64,000 nucleotides of DNA from Candidatus Daviesbacteria bacterium (GCA_016432425.1 CP066688.1:343398-407397); one strand, 5' to 3'; counted from the first letter of the stretch, positions 20,164 through 30,376 are shown. The notes: generated by a model not told the origin, from the letters alone. A program made the numbers and translations.

Positions 20164-22968
20164 TTATTTAATAAAAGTGGCACTTAAGGTTTGATCACTT
20201 TTCATCTCCAGAGTAGTTTCCTGCTGCCCGGCACTTCCCTGCTCCCCTACCAGTTGAAAATTAATTGGATAATTTAATTTCCACTTAAGCTGGTAATTTA
20301 CTCCTGATTGTTTGACTAAGCTTAATTGGTATTTAGCGCCTTTTTCCCCAAACTCTAATTTATGGGGCAAAACATAATTTATGACCAATGATTTAGTTTC
20401 TTGGGGAGCCAAAGTAATGGTGGCTGAGAGCCCGGAGCGGCCATAATCAGAAAAATTGCTGGCCAATTTCAAAATATCCTCACTACCCCAATATAAACTA
20501 TTAACTTTAACTCCAAAAGGCAGGTAAAAGCGTAAATTGTTTTTATAAACTCCGGCCGGATAAACCTCATTTTGGCTATCATTTTTATAATCAATGGTTA
20601 ATTTCTGCTCGATTTCCCCACTGGAGCCAATAGTTGTTTGCAGCTGTCGGTTTTGGCTGACAAAATAATTAGCTTTATTCCCTCCCAAATTTGCCTCCAT
20701 AGTGGCCAGAAAATCCTTCAATACTCCCTTGGTAATAGCCGGCCTTGGTAATACTCCTGCCCAACCTTGAGTAATCAAAAGAGATAATAATTTTGTATCA
20801 TCTAAATACAAGGTCATGTTTTTATTAGTTAAACTCCGGTCCATCACTGTCAACACCCCTGGCCAATTCAAATCTTGAGGAGTTAAGAGTTTATTAAAAA
20901 CGCCGGTCAGTAGGGCAGAATAAAAATTATATTGACTGCCGCTCAAAGCTTGAGCAATTAAATTATCGCTGGTGATCTCACTGCTGTCGGCGATTTTGAC
21001 CGGACCAGTAACCTGCAAAATCTCCTTGAGGGTCAGCACGTCTAGCCCCGCTACCCCATCTATTTTTTGGCCTGTTTCCTGGTTAAAAAACCATATTACC
21101 TGGCGGGCACTGGTGGGAAAATCCCCCTCCCAATTAGCATTGGCTAAATTCCATGTTTTTAAACCCAAGTCTAATTTTAATTCTCTGGGCGGCTCTACTG
21201 TGGCAGTTAGTTTCTTGTCTAAGTCTTGGGGATTTAAAACAGAAAAAGTTTTTAGTTGGCCGCCGATAAAATCCAGTTTTGTTAGTCCCACAATTAACCC
21301 CCCAGTTGGCCTCAATTCCGACTGATCCTGCAAAACTACTAAATAACTCTTTTTAGTGTTCGCTGTTGTAAGAGAGGAAATTAAACTGGCTATCCCAGAG
21401 GCTTTACCGGTTAATTTTTGGCCATAATCTAGACGGTCTTGTAAATTGCGGACCCGACCTTGTAAAATGGCCGGCAGACGTTTTTTAAAACTGTCACTAC
21501 CTAAAATTGCTTGAGCCTGGGAAAAATGATCATCCGCACCAGCCAGTTGCAACTGGGCACCAGCTAAATTATCCGCTAATTCAGCCTTATCTTGACCCAA
21601 GATTATTTTTAAGATTTGGTAAAGAGATTTAGCACCTCTGGCCGCCTCTTTCGTCCCCTCTGCCACCAGTTGGGCAGATTTAATTAAATCATCAGCCAGC
21701 CCGAACTGCTCCCCAAACCAACCATTACTTCTGGCTACCTGGACTGAAGAAATTAAAAAACTGGCTGACTGAATACTCTCCTGGGCTGCCTCAACCAAAC
21801 TTATACTGGTTTCATAGTCCCCTTTTTCCAGCGCCTGCGAGGCAGTCACCAAGCGGTTTTTATAATTTAATACCCCCACCCCCACCGAGATAAACGGATA
21901 AAAGAGCGCATAAAAAATTAAGATTAACAGCCCCACCCAAATTAATTGTTTTCCCCAGCCATAACTTTTGATGGGACGATCTTCTTTAATTTCTAGTGGG
22001 CTCCCCTCTTTGGCCTTGGGGCCCTCCTCATCTACCCATAAACTGATTTTATGGGTAGGTTTAGAAGTAGTCATTTGGGCAATTGGCACTTCTGCTTCTT
22101 TAAAATAGCTCAAAGTCGATTTCAAATATTTGACAATACTAGCGTCCGGTTGCCAATTCAAAGTCTTGATGGTTTTTTCCAAATTAGGAGTGTTCCAGGG
22201 AGGCAACTCTGTTGGTTTGAATCCCCTATTCTCATACCAAACCGGATCCAGCAGCACCTGCTTAATCTCTGTCAATTGAATTGGCTCTGACATGGCTCCA
22301 TCAAAAATTTTTAAGGCAGTTGAGCCGGCAAACATGCTTTTAATGATTAAACTAACCGCCTCTCCCACAAAAATGGCCCGGGTAGAAAATTGCTGAGTTA
22401 GAGAATGCTTTTGCAGCTCTCCTAAAAGAGTCGCTTTAATCAACTCTATTAAACCATCTTCATTTCGAAAATGCATGCGGGGACCATAAATTGTAGCGAG
22501 CCTGACTACCCGGGCATTTAAGTTATGATCAGCGGCAAATTGGGCAATTTTCCGCTCTCCTGTTTTAAACCATTCTAAGCCAGAGGCACTGTCTTTGTTA
22601 TACAACTCAATTGAGGAGACAAAGACAATTTTAGAATGATGTTTTTCTGCCAGCTCCAAAATATTGGTTAAATCCCATCCCCCCTCTGCCACTATAAACA
22701 AATAATCCAAACGTGGTAACTCTAAATTAAAATCCCCCGCATTCTCCACAAAAAAGTGAAAGTTTTTATTTTTAGTGGCATCAGTTAAATACTGTTTAAA
22801 ACCAGAGGATAAATCATCAACAACTAAAACCTGGAGATTCTTTTTTAACAGCTCCTCTACCAGATGAGAGCCTAAAAAACCTGCTCCCCCTATCACGAGG
22901 GCCACTGGGGTGTTGCGGGCAATCAAAATACGCTCTTTTGAGTTACTAGGATCGGCAGTTTCTGGCAC
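20164..22968 (-). CDS. fusion protein: N-terminal NAD-dependent epimerase/dehydratase domain + TM + large extracytoplasmic domain of unknown function (DUF4012-like)
   Basis: VIGGAGFLGSHLVEEL Rossmann motif; central TM LIWVGLLILIFYALFYPFISV; ~570-aa C-terminal domain. Confidence 0.45.
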   Translation of the reverse strand: MPETADPSNSKERILIARNTPVALVIGGAGFLGSHLVEELLKKNLQVLVVDDLSSGFKQYLTDATKNKNFHFFVENAGDFNLELPRLDYLFIVAEGGWDLTNILELAEKHHSKIVFVSSIELYNKDSASGLEWFKTGERKIAQFAADHNLNARVVRLATIYGPRMHFRNEDGLIELIKATLLGELQKHSLTQQFSTRAIFVGEAVSLIIKSMFAGSTALKIFDGAMSEPIQLTEIKQVLLDPVWYENRGFKPTELPPWNTPNLEKTIKTLNWQPDASIVKYLKSTLSYFKEAEVPIAQMTTSKPTHKISLWVDEEGPKAKEGSPLEIKEDRPIKSYGWGKQLIWVGLLILIFYALFYPFISVGVGVLNYKNRLVTASQALEKGDYETSISLVEAAQESIQSASFLISSVQVARSNGWFGEQFGLADDLIKSAQLVAEGTKEAARGAKSLYQILKIILGQDKAELADNLAGAQLQLAGADDHFSQAQAILGSDSFKKRLPAILQGRVRNLQDRLDYGQKLTGKASGIASLISSLTTANTKKSYLVVLQDQSELRPTGGLIVGLTKLDFIGGQLKTFSVLNPQDLDKKLTATVEPPRELKLDLGLKTWNLANANWEGDFPTSARQVIWFFNQETGQKIDGVAGLDVLTLKEILQVTGPVKIADSSEITSDNLIAQALSGSQYNFYSALLTGVFNKLLTPQDLNWPGVLTVMDRSLTNKNMTLYLDDTKLLSLLITQGWAGVLPRPAITKGVLKDFLATMEANLGGNKANYFVSQNRQLQTTIGSSGEIEQKLTIDYKNDSQNEVYPAGVYKNNLRFYLPFGVKVNSLYWGSEDILKLASNFSDYGRSGLSATITLAPQETKSLVINYVLPHKLEFGEKGAKYQLSLVKQSGVNYQLKWKLNYPINFQLVGEQGSAGQQETTLEMKSDQTLSATFIK

Positions 22969-23067
22969 GCGTAAATCGTACCACTGTTAACAAAAATTTA
23001 AAAGAAGGATGATTATTGTTTTAACTTGAGGGAAATTAGCTCCAACGCGGAGAATTTTTAAAAAAAT

Positions 23068-23472
23068 TTAGCGGCGGTCAATTCCTAGATTTGCCAGTTT
23101 ATCGGCAGTTTTATTTTGCTCCCGCCTGACATGGGTATAAGTTACCTGACTCAAGTTTTCTTCTAGGCTTTTAATTTGTAAAAACAACTCCCGCAGATGC
23201 AGGCTTTTAATTTTAAATCTGCCGGAAAGCTGTTCTATAATTAAACGGGAGTCAGCAAAAACCTCTATTTGATGTTGGTCTTTAAAATTATCTTTGATGA
23301 ACTTAAAAGCCTCCAGTACTGCGGTATATTCAGCCACATTATTGGTAGTTTCCCCTAAAAAACCATAGCCTTTTTTAATAACCTGTCCATTCTCGCCGGT
23401 AATGACAAAACCAAAACCAGCCAGTCCCGGATTGCCGCGGGAGGCTCCATCAGTAAAAACCGTTAATTTCAT
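23068..23472 (-). CDS. rnhA: ribonuclease HI
   Basis: MKLTVFTDGASRGNPGLAGFGFVI… RNase H catalytic D/E residues. Confidence 0.8.
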   Translation of the reverse strand: MKLTVFTDGASRGNPGLAGFGFVITGENGQVIKKGYGFLGETTNNVAEYTAVLEAFKFIKDNFKDQHQIEVFADSRLIIEQLSGRFKIKSLHLRELFLQIKSLEENLSQVTYTHVRREQNKTADKLANLGIDRR

Positions 23473-24707
23473 ATCCTTAAACCCTTAATGAACAACAAAC
23501 TAACAAGTTGCAGCGCCAATATCAAGTACTCAGAAATTACTGTGACCCAAGATGCAGCTATAAAAGAGCCTTGGGGAATAAATAACAGATTAGCTATCAG
23601 ATTAAAAATTAAGCCCAGGCTGTAAATTAGCAGAGTTAATTTATAATAGTTTTTGGCAATAAAGTACCAAATCAGCAAAGCTGTGACAAAAAAGGCCGGG
23701 AAACCTAAGGATAAAACCTGCAAAGACTCGCTAGCTCCGGCAAAACCTCCTCCTGTTAAGGTTTGCATGATCCAGGGAGACAGAAGGTAAGTAGTAATAG
23801 TTGATAAAAGGGCCAGGCCTAAAAGAGAAACTGCAGCCAGTTTAATTTGCTTAAGGAAACTACCCATTTGAGCCTTTAAAGAAGTTAACATTAAGGGATA
23901 GTAAGAGTTCATAATAAAAGCTGGCAAAACCAAAACAGTCTGAAAAACCTGGTAAGCGCTGTTATAGATACCTACATCAGAGGGACCTTTAAAATAAGAG
24001 ATAATAAAAGCGTCGGAGCGGAAATAGATAATATTTAATCCTAAAGTCGCGGCAATTGGCCAAGAGTCTTTCAAGAGCCCCCCAAAATAGTTTAAATCAA
24101 ATAATGGAGTAATATTCTTGAGAAACTTTTTTAAAAGCAGGAGGGCCAAAAAGGAAGTAGCTAACCATTGCAAGCCCTGGGCTAAAAGGAGTGTGGGGGA
24201 GGACAGTTTAAGGTTAGCCCACCAGATAATCAACCCCAAATAAGCTAAAGCCCCCAAGGAAGAGGCAATTACCACCCGCTCATAAGCTAACTTGGACTGA
24301 AAAACTAAATTAGTGCTGGTAAAAATCCCAAAACCCACAATGGAGATGCTGCCTAAAATAACTGCCCGGCTAAACTCAGGAGTGGCAAAGGGCCAAAAAG
24401 GAAGTAGGCCAACAGCTAAAATAATGAGTAGTAAAGCCCAAACTAACCTGACCCCTAAAAGTTTTCTTACTTCTTTCAAGCGCTCACTACTACCATGGAC
24501 TTGCCCTAAAAGATGGGCATTAAAACCAAAATCCACCAGCTGGAAAAATATAGCCAAATAAGTTAAAGCCAGAGTAAAAAGCCCGGTGCCGGACTCACCA
24601 TAATTTCTGGCCACAATCCCTAAAACAACAAAAGTAGAAACCGAGGCAACTAACTTACCAATTAATTGCCAGAAAGTTTGTTGGGAAATTTTCAGTAAGC
24701 TTTGCAC
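23469..24707 (-). CDS. polysaccharide biosynthesis protein / Wzx-like flippase (MOP superfamily)
   Basis: ~12 predicted TM helices, N-terminal pattern of PST-family transporters. Confidence 0.5.
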   Translation of the reverse strand: MQSLLKISQQTFWQLIGKLVASVSTFVVLGIVARNYGESGTGLFTLALTYLAIFFQLVDFGFNAHLLGQVHGSSERLKEVRKLLGVRLVWALLLIILAVGLLPFWPFATPEFSRAVILGSISIVGFGIFTSTNLVFQSKLAYERVVIASSLGALAYLGLIIWWANLKLSSPTLLLAQGLQWLATSFLALLLLKKFLKNITPLFDLNYFGGLLKDSWPIAATLGLNIIYFRSDAFIISYFKGPSDVGIYNSAYQVFQTVLVLPAFIMNSYYPLMLTSLKAQMGSFLKQIKLAAVSLLGLALLSTITTYLLSPWIMQTLTGGGFAGASESLQVLSLGFPAFFVTALLIWYFIAKNYYKLTLLIYSLGLIFNLIANLLFIPQGSFIAASWVTVISEYLILALQLVSLLFIKGLRI

Positions 24708-24709
24708 TC

Positions 24710-25162
24710 TTAGATTTTAGCAGGTTTAATGACTAAATGACGTTCTTTGCCTTCTCCCACACTTTCAGTCTCTATCCCTTTTAAGTCTTGTAGGGCTAAA
24801 TGGACAATCCTTCGCTGCCAAGGGGACATGGGCTCCAATTCCATGGCTTCTCCATTGGAGATGACTTGATCCGCCCATCTCTGCGCCTGTTGAGCTAAAT
24901 TTTCCTCTTTTTGTTTCCTCCAACCCGCCACATCCAGAATCACTCTTTTGATTTTAGCGTCCGGGTTTTTCTTTAACATCATTAAACTAATTAAAAGTTG
25001 CAAACCCTCTAAGGACTCACCCTTAAAACCAATTAATCTGCCGGCATCTGGGGTAGCAATTTCCACCCGCAGCTGCTCATCATTTTCCTCAATATCATAA
25101 GACCCTTCCAACAAGAGTAACCCTAAAATATTATCTAAAATTTCCGATACTTGCTCTTGCAT
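24710..25162 (-). CDS. jag: Jag/KhpB-like RNA-binding protein (KH + R3H)
   Basis: R3H-like C-terminus (…QRRIVHLALQDLKGIETESVGEG…), conserved position downstream of yidC. Confidence 0.7.
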   Translation of the reverse strand: MQEQVSEILDNILGLLLLEGSYDIEENDEQLRVEIATPDAGRLIGFKGESLEGLQLLISLMMLKKNPDAKIKRVILDVAGWRKQKEENLAQQAQRWADQVISNGEAMELEPMSPWQRRIVHLALQDLKGIETESVGEGKERHLVIKPAKI

Positions 25163-25241
25163 ATTTTGTTTTGGACAATTCTGCCTAACTATTTCTATTA
25201 TTTAGTCCTGTTACCGAATTGCCCAGTCGTAATATAATCTT

Positions 25242-26069
25242 TTATTGTAGTTTCTTTTTAATGGAGGCTATAATGTCTTCCAGGCTGCCCCAGCCAGAAA
25301 CTTTATGCTGTTGGATAATACCGAGTATTGTATAGACATTTAAATAAATTGCAAGCCCGAGAGGAAATTGATAGGCAAAATAAGCCATCATCATTGGCAT
25401 CAAAAAAACCATTTGGCCCTGAATTGCCCCTAAACTTTCTTCCATGGTTTCTTTTTCTTTAGCTTCTTTAGGAGTATCTGTTTTATAAACCTTAACTGGT
25501 TTAGGTAAACTCATTTTAGCTTGGGCAAAAGCTAACAACGCTGTAAAGAGTGGAATAGCTATCAAATTAAAACCTTGGGAGCCGGGGGATACCCCTAAAT
25601 TAAGCCCAAAAAAACTTGGCTCAGGTAAATTATCTAAATGTAAAAATGGAAAATAAAACAGGGAATTAACCCAACCTAAATTAGCACTGGGACTGGGCAA
25701 AAGGTGCAAAATAGCCTGGTACAATCCCCAAAAAAGCGGCAGCTGGATCAAAGCCGGCAGACAACCGGCTGCCGGGTTAACTCCGTGCTGCTTATATAGT
25801 TGTGATTGAGCTAAAGCTAAGGATTGCCTGTCAGTATGTTTCTTCTTCAACGCATCCACTTGTGGTTTTAGCTCAGCAATAATTTTGGCGCTTCTTAGCT
25901 GGCCATGCATGGCCGGCCAAACCGACAATCTTACTAGTAGGGTAAATAAGGCAATGGCCCAACCAAAAGCACCAGGCAACCCCAGATTATGGAGCATTAA
26001 ATAAATTGCCACCAATAAATTAATTAAGGGTTGTAAAAAAAGGGCAATAAAAATATCACCAACATTCAT
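25242..26069 (-). CDS. yidC: membrane protein insertase YidC (short Gram-positive-type)
   Basis: GCLPALIQLPLFWGLYQAI core, 275 aa. Confidence 0.85.
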   Translation of the reverse strand: MNVGDIFIALFLQPLINLLVAIYLMLHNLGLPGAFGWAIALFTLLVRLSVWPAMHGQLRSAKIIAELKPQVDALKKKHTDRQSLALAQSQLYKQHGVNPAAGCLPALIQLPLFWGLYQAILHLLPSPSANLGWVNSLFYFPFLHLDNLPEPSFFGLNLGVSPGSQGFNLIAIPLFTALLAFAQAKMSLPKPVKVYKTDTPKEAKEKETMEESLGAIQGQMVFLMPMMMAYFAYQFPLGLAIYLNVYTILGIIQQHKVSGWGSLEDIIASIKKKLQ

Positions 26070-26270
26070 TTAGCGGCACCTCCACAATCTTTGCACTGTC
26101 AACCATAAACCTTTGGCTACTCCATATTTTTGGATCATCTGTTTAGAATACTGCGAACAACTAACCGGATACCTACAAGCTCCTCCGGGAGCAAAGTAGG
26201 AGAGTATTCCTTGGTCAAAAGATAAAAAGATTTGATAAAAAGAAATTAATTTAATGAATAATGTTTTCAT
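26070..26270 (-). CDS. yidD: membrane protein insertion efficiency factor YidD
   Basis: ISFYQIFLS…GGACRYPVSCSQY haemolytic-domain motif. Confidence 0.8.
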   Translation of the reverse strand: MKTLFIKLISFYQIFLSFDQGILSYFAPGGACRYPVSCSQYSKQMIQKYGVAKGLWLTVQRLWRCR

Positions 26271-26571
26271 ATTCTTTTAAAAGCTCCTCTGATTTTACCT
26301 TAAGTACCTCCGCGTTGGGAACTACCAAAATATTAATATTGGCCGGCAGTTTTACTAACATCTTTTCAAAAGCGGCTGAGATTACTCTTTTGGCTCTATT
26401 TCTCTCATGGGCTTTTTTAAAAACTTTAGTGGTCAGGGCAACCCCAATCTTAGGCTTATTATTATCTCCATATTTTAGATACACATTACCAAACTTATGA
26501 GATACTTTTCCCCCTGTTATTACCTCTTTGAATTGGAATTTCAAATTTAACCGGTTAAGTTTGGGTAGCAT
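26251..26571 (-). CDS. rnpA: ribonuclease P protein component
   Basis: KLNRLNLKFQFKEV… basic small protein, position between rpmH and yidD. Confidence 0.8.
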   Translation of the reverse strand: MLPKLNRLNLKFQFKEVITGGKVSHKFGNVYLKYGDNNKPKIGVALTTKVFKKAHERNRAKRVISAAFEKMLVKLPANINILVVPNAEVLKVKSEELLKEYENIIH

Positions 26572-26709
26572 TTAAACAGCCAGGCGAGTCCGACCCTTGG
26601 CCCGGCGGGCAGATAACACTGCCCGGCCATCTTTAGTGGCCATCCTGGCTCGAAATCCATGCTTTCTTGCTCTCTTAAGTTTTTTAGGCTGGTAAGTTCT
26701 TTTTGGCAT
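26572..26709 (-). CDS. rpmH: ribosomal protein bL34
   Basis: Manual translation of minus strand: [45 protein letters not shown]; below ORF-track size cutoff. Confidence 0.85.
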   Translation of the reverse strand: MPKRTYQPKKLKRARKHGFRARMATKDGRAVLSARRAKGRTRLAV

Positions 26710-26805
26710 AACTTCAAGTTATTGTAACAAAAAAATAATTTCCTGTATAGTTAGAAATAATTGATATACTTATTTACAGTTTCGCCATCTTGTTTGATTA
26801 TTTCT

Positions 26806-26844
26806 TGTGGATAAAATTGTGGATAAGATTCATTTTGTGGATAA
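26806..26844. promoter_or_regulatory. three perfect DnaA boxes (TGTGGATAA = TTATCCACA complement) upstream of dnaA
   Basis: tgtggataa at 26806-26814, 26818-26826, 26836-26844; followed by 9-bp-stem palindrome tgatccgtc-aaa-gacggatca at 26846-26866. Confidence 0.7.
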
Positions 26845-26882
26845 CTGATCCGTCAAAGACGGATCATGTCAAAGGATCTCGT

Positions 26883-28205
26883 ATGGAAAAACTAAAGCTG
26901 TGGCAAAAAATTACGGTTGAAATAAAACACGAGCTGGACCAGGCTAATTTTAAAACCTGGTTTGGCAACTGTTTTTTAAAGGAAGTTGTGGATGATATTT
27001 TGGTTATAACCGCTCCCTCAGCCTTTATTAAAGAACAGGTCACTCTACGCTACTTAGACCTTTTAACTGAGGCCGCAGAAAAAATTCTGGGGAAAAAAGT
27101 TAAAATCGAGTTGGTAGTAGAGTCAAATAACAACCACAAAACTGTACCAGTAGAGGAAATTTTTGAAGCTCCGGCTCCCTCTCAAATCAATATACTAAAC
27201 CCCAAATATACCTTGGAAAATTTCGTGGTGGGGATGTCTAATAATGTAGCCTTTGCGGCTGCCCAGGCAGTGGTACAAAATCCCGGTATTTCCTACAATC
27301 CTTTATTTATTTATGGTGGAACCGGGGTGGGCAAAACCCATTTAATGTTAGGTATTGGCCATGCTATCTTAAAGAAAAACCCCGCCTTAAAAGTGATTTA
27401 TTGCTCTTCTGAACAGTTCACTAATGATTTTGTCAGTGCCATTCAAAACCATCGCATGGGGGACTTACGGGCCAAATACCGCTTAGCTCAACTTTTACTA
27501 ATTGACGATATCCAATTTTTCTCCGGCCGGGAAGGTACTCAGGAAGAATTTTTCCATACCTTTAATGAGCTGCAAAGTAAAAATTCCCAAATGATTATTA
27601 CCTCCGACCGATCTCCCCATGAGATTGCTAAACTGGAAGATCGTCTCCGCAGCCGTTTTGCCGGCGGTTTAATGGTGGATATCCAACCGCCGGATTTTGA
27701 TACCCGGGTGGCCATTTTAAAAGCTAAAGCCAATGAGTGGGGGACTACTCTACCAGAAGAAGCTTTAAAATTAATTGCCGCCTCTTCTGAGGTTAGCATC
27801 AGGGAGTTGGAAGGAAAACTCCTGCAAATTATCCAGGTTTTAAAAGCCCAAAATTTACCTACCACTACAGAAAATATTACCCTATTTTTAAATAAAACTC
27901 CCAAAAAACTACCTGCTTTATCTCACCAACAAGTACTAACTATTATTTGTCATTATTTTAATTTGGCCAACAAGGATTTAATTGGCCCCAAAAGACAAAA
28001 AGAGTTGGTTTTACCGCGTCATTTGGCCATGTATATTCTCTCCGAAGAGTTGGGGATGACTGTGGAGCGGATTGGTCAAATACTGGGTGGTAGAGACCAT
28101 ACCACTGTTATGCACGCCCGGGATAAGATTAAAAACTTGATCACTAAAGATAAGGAAATGCAACAAATTTTTATAGAGATTAAACAAGAGTTATCCACCA
28201 ATTAA
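26883..28205 (+). CDS. dnaA: chromosomal replication initiator DnaA
   Basis: AAA+ GGTGVGKTHL, DnaA box-binding C-terminus; start likely MEKLKLWQ (track ORF from 26790 spans the DnaA boxes). Confidence 0.95.
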   Translation: MEKLKLWQKITVEIKHELDQANFKTWFGNCFLKEVVDDILVITAPSAFIKEQVTLRYLDLLTEAAEKILGKKVKIELVVESNNNHKTVPVEEIFEAPAPSQINILNPKYTLENFVVGMSNNVAFAAAQAVVQNPGISYNPLFIYGGTGVGKTHLMLGIGHAILKKNPALKVIYCSSEQFTNDFVSAIQNHRMGDLRAKYRLAQLLLIDDIQFFSGREGTQEEFFHTFNELQSKNSQMIITSDRSPHEIAKLEDRLRSRFAGGLMVDIQPPDFDTRVAILKAKANEWGTTLPEEALKLIAASSEVSIRELEGKLLQIIQVLKAQNLPTTTENITLFLNKTPKKLPALSHQQVLTIICHYFNLANKDLIGPKRQKELVLPRHLAMYILSEELGMTVERIGQILGGRDHTTVMHARDKIKNLITKDKEMQQIFIEIKQELSTN

Positions 28206-28367
28206 CATAACTTTTCCACTAATTATCCACCAAAAATCCACCACTTATGAACACGAAAAAAGAAAGAAACTTGAACTTAAATTTTTTAACTTTACACATA
28301 TCCACCATATCTTCTAATATTACTACTAGTTTAAAATATATTGTATAATCTAATGACTTGTTGAAAA
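28206..28367. promoter_or_regulatory. AT-rich dnaA-dnaN spacer with DnaA-box-like 9-mers (candidate oriC/DUE)
   Basis: ttatccacc (28223-28231), aaatccacc, atatccacc variants plus AT-rich tract ttaaaatatattgtataatc. Confidence 0.4.
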
Positions 28368-28826
28368 ATGGCGGATTTAAATTGGGCTACCATCGGTATT
28401 ATAGGATTAGTTATTATTATTGCTTATCTTCTGGGAAGGTTGCAAAGCAGAAAATCAACCAATATCCCCACTGATGTCATTGACTTGTATAAAGGAGTAC
28501 AAGACTTACCAAGTAAAGTTTTACAGGTTATCCAAGGATCAATTAACCCCCAAAAAGGGAAAATGGCAGAGCTTTTAACTTATGCTGAGCTGCGTTATGA
28601 TTACGACCGGATTATTCCTTTAGGTTGGCCAATTGATTTTATTGGAATTAAAAATAATGAGCGGGTAGATTTTATTGAAGTAAAATCAGGACAGTTTTCC
28701 ACCTTGACAGATGAGGAAAAACATATTAAAAACCTAATAAGTAAAGGTCAAGTTTATTTTCGCTTGATTAAAGTAACAGAAGAAGAGGTGCATAAGTTTA
28801 TTAGTTCAACTTCTGCCCAAAGGTAA
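28368..28826 (+). CDS. membrane-anchored PD-(D/E)xK nuclease-like protein (YraN/Hjc-like)
   Basis: N-terminal TM (WATIGIIGLVIIIAYLLG), PIDFIGI…ERVDFIEVKSG matching P-D…E-x-K of YraN/Hjc endonucleases. Confidence 0.4.
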   Translation: MADLNWATIGIIGLVIIIAYLLGRLQSRKSTNIPTDVIDLYKGVQDLPSKVLQVIQGSINPQKGKMAELLTYAELRYDYDRIIPLGWPIDFIGIKNNERVDFIEVKSGQFSTLTDEEKHIKNLISKGQVYFRLIKVTEEEVHKFISSTSAQR

Positions 28827-28832
28827 TTTGAT

Positions 28833-29924
28833 ATGAAATTTTCCATTTTACAACAGGATTTATTGCCAGCCCTGCAAGCAGTCTCCCGCTGTGTTAATCC
28901 TCATGCCAGTTTACCGGTTTTAGCCAATATTTATTTATCTGCCCAAGGGCAAGAGATTAGGTTGGCGGCCACTAATTTAGAAATCGGTATTTTTAAAACT
29001 TTTAAAGCAGAAATTATTGAGGAAGGGGAAATTACTGTGCCGGCCAGGATGTTTTTAGATTTAATCAGCTCTTTACCGGGGACAAAATTAGATTTTGAAA
29101 CCAGCCAGGATATTTTATTATTAAAAAGCGGTAAATTTAAAGCTCAAATTAATGGTTTATCAGCCAGCGAGTTCCCCGTCATTCCTTTACCTCAAGATCA
29201 TCAAATTGATTTTCCATCAGAGGTTTTTAGGACATCACAGTCAATTTTGTTTGCGGCAGCCACAGATGAGGGACGCCCTACCTTAACCGGTATTTTAGTT
29301 TTTACTAAAGGAGATAATTTAAACTTTGTGGCCACTGACGGTTTTCGCTTGGCTTTTAAAGAGGTCAAGTTAACAAAAACGCAGGAGTTTAAATTTTTAG
29401 TACCCAGGCGAACTTTTGAAGAAGTACTGCGCTTATTGGATGAGGAAGAAGTAGACAATCTAAAGGTGACCAGTTCCCCAAACCAGGTAGTCTTTGCTTT
29501 TAGCAAAACCATTCTTTCCTCCCGGTTGATAGAGGGCTCTTTTCCGGCCTGGGAAAAAATTATTCCAACGGAAATAAAGACTCGTTTAATTATTAATAAA
29601 GAAGAGTTGTTGAAAGCTTTAAAAATAGCCTCAGTTTTTGCCAAAAATGAAGCCAATATTATTAATTTGGATTTAAAAAAAGAGGGGTTGATAGTCAAAT
29701 CCGCTTCCCGTCAACTTGGTTCTCAGGAAATGGAAGTAGAGGGACAAATAGAAGGGGAGGAGTTGTTGGTAGCTTTTAATGCTAAATTTTTACTTGATGC
29801 CGTCAGCAACTTACCTACCAGCCAGGCTATGTTGGAATTTTCCGGGGAACTAACTCCCTGTCTGGCCAAACCAGTAGGCATGGAGGGATTGCAGTACGTG
29901 GTCATGCCGATGGGGAGAAGTTAA
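28833..29924 (+). CDS. dnaN: DNA polymerase III beta sliding clamp
   Basis: 363 aa, three-domain beta-clamp pattern, immediately downstream of dnaA. Confidence 0.9.
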   Translation: MKFSILQQDLLPALQAVSRCVNPHASLPVLANIYLSAQGQEIRLAATNLEIGIFKTFKAEIIEEGEITVPARMFLDLISSLPGTKLDFETSQDILLLKSGKFKAQINGLSASEFPVIPLPQDHQIDFPSEVFRTSQSILFAAATDEGRPTLTGILVFTKGDNLNFVATDGFRLAFKEVKLTKTQEFKFLVPRRTFEEVLRLLDEEEVDNLKVTSSPNQVVFAFSKTILSSRLIEGSFPAWEKIIPTEIKTRLIINKEELLKALKIASVFAKNEANIINLDLKKEGLIVKSASRQLGSQEMEVEGQIEGEELLVAFNAKFLLDAVSNLPTSQAMLEFSGELTPCLAKPVGMEGLQYVVMPMGRS

Positions 29925-30376
29925 ACTCCTTGATAGCTAATGGTTTTAATATGATAAATAAACTCTTGATCCAGCTTAATTCCATCCTCAGTATGGGTGT
30001 TGGGTAGAATAAATAAAGTCAAACCGCTACCCAATTGTAATGGTTTTTTAAATTTAAACCTAAAAGTCTGGCCATAACTAGTGTTTATGCCATTAAGGAC
30101 TTCCAGATCATATTCTAGAGTCTCCGGGTCAAATTTATGTTTCACCTCTGATTTCATCACAGGCATATTAAAAGTAATTTCAATATCCTGGGTAGGCAAA
30201 ATAATGGCATTATCTAAAGGGTTAGGCTTAGTGGAAACTATTTTTAGTTGCTTTTCCTGGGTAGCTTCTTTTTGTGGGTTCTGTTGTCCAATAGAAAGAC
30301 TATCTTTAAACAGAAAAAAACCCATCAAAAGAAATAATATAGTTAAGGATACTTTATATTTATTTAACAAATTCAT
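29921..30376 (-). CDS. small secreted protein (last gene of T4SS-like operon)
   Basis: Signal peptide KVSLTILFLLMGFFLF; no domain. Confidence 0.35.
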   Translation of the reverse strand: MNLLNKYKVSLTILFLLMGFFLFKDSLSIGQQNPQKEATQEKQLKIVSTKPNPLDNAIILPTQDIEITFNMPVMKSEVKHKFDPETLEYDLEVLNGINTSYGQTFRFKFKKPLQLGSGLTLFILPNTHTEDGIKLDQEFIYHIKTISYQGV

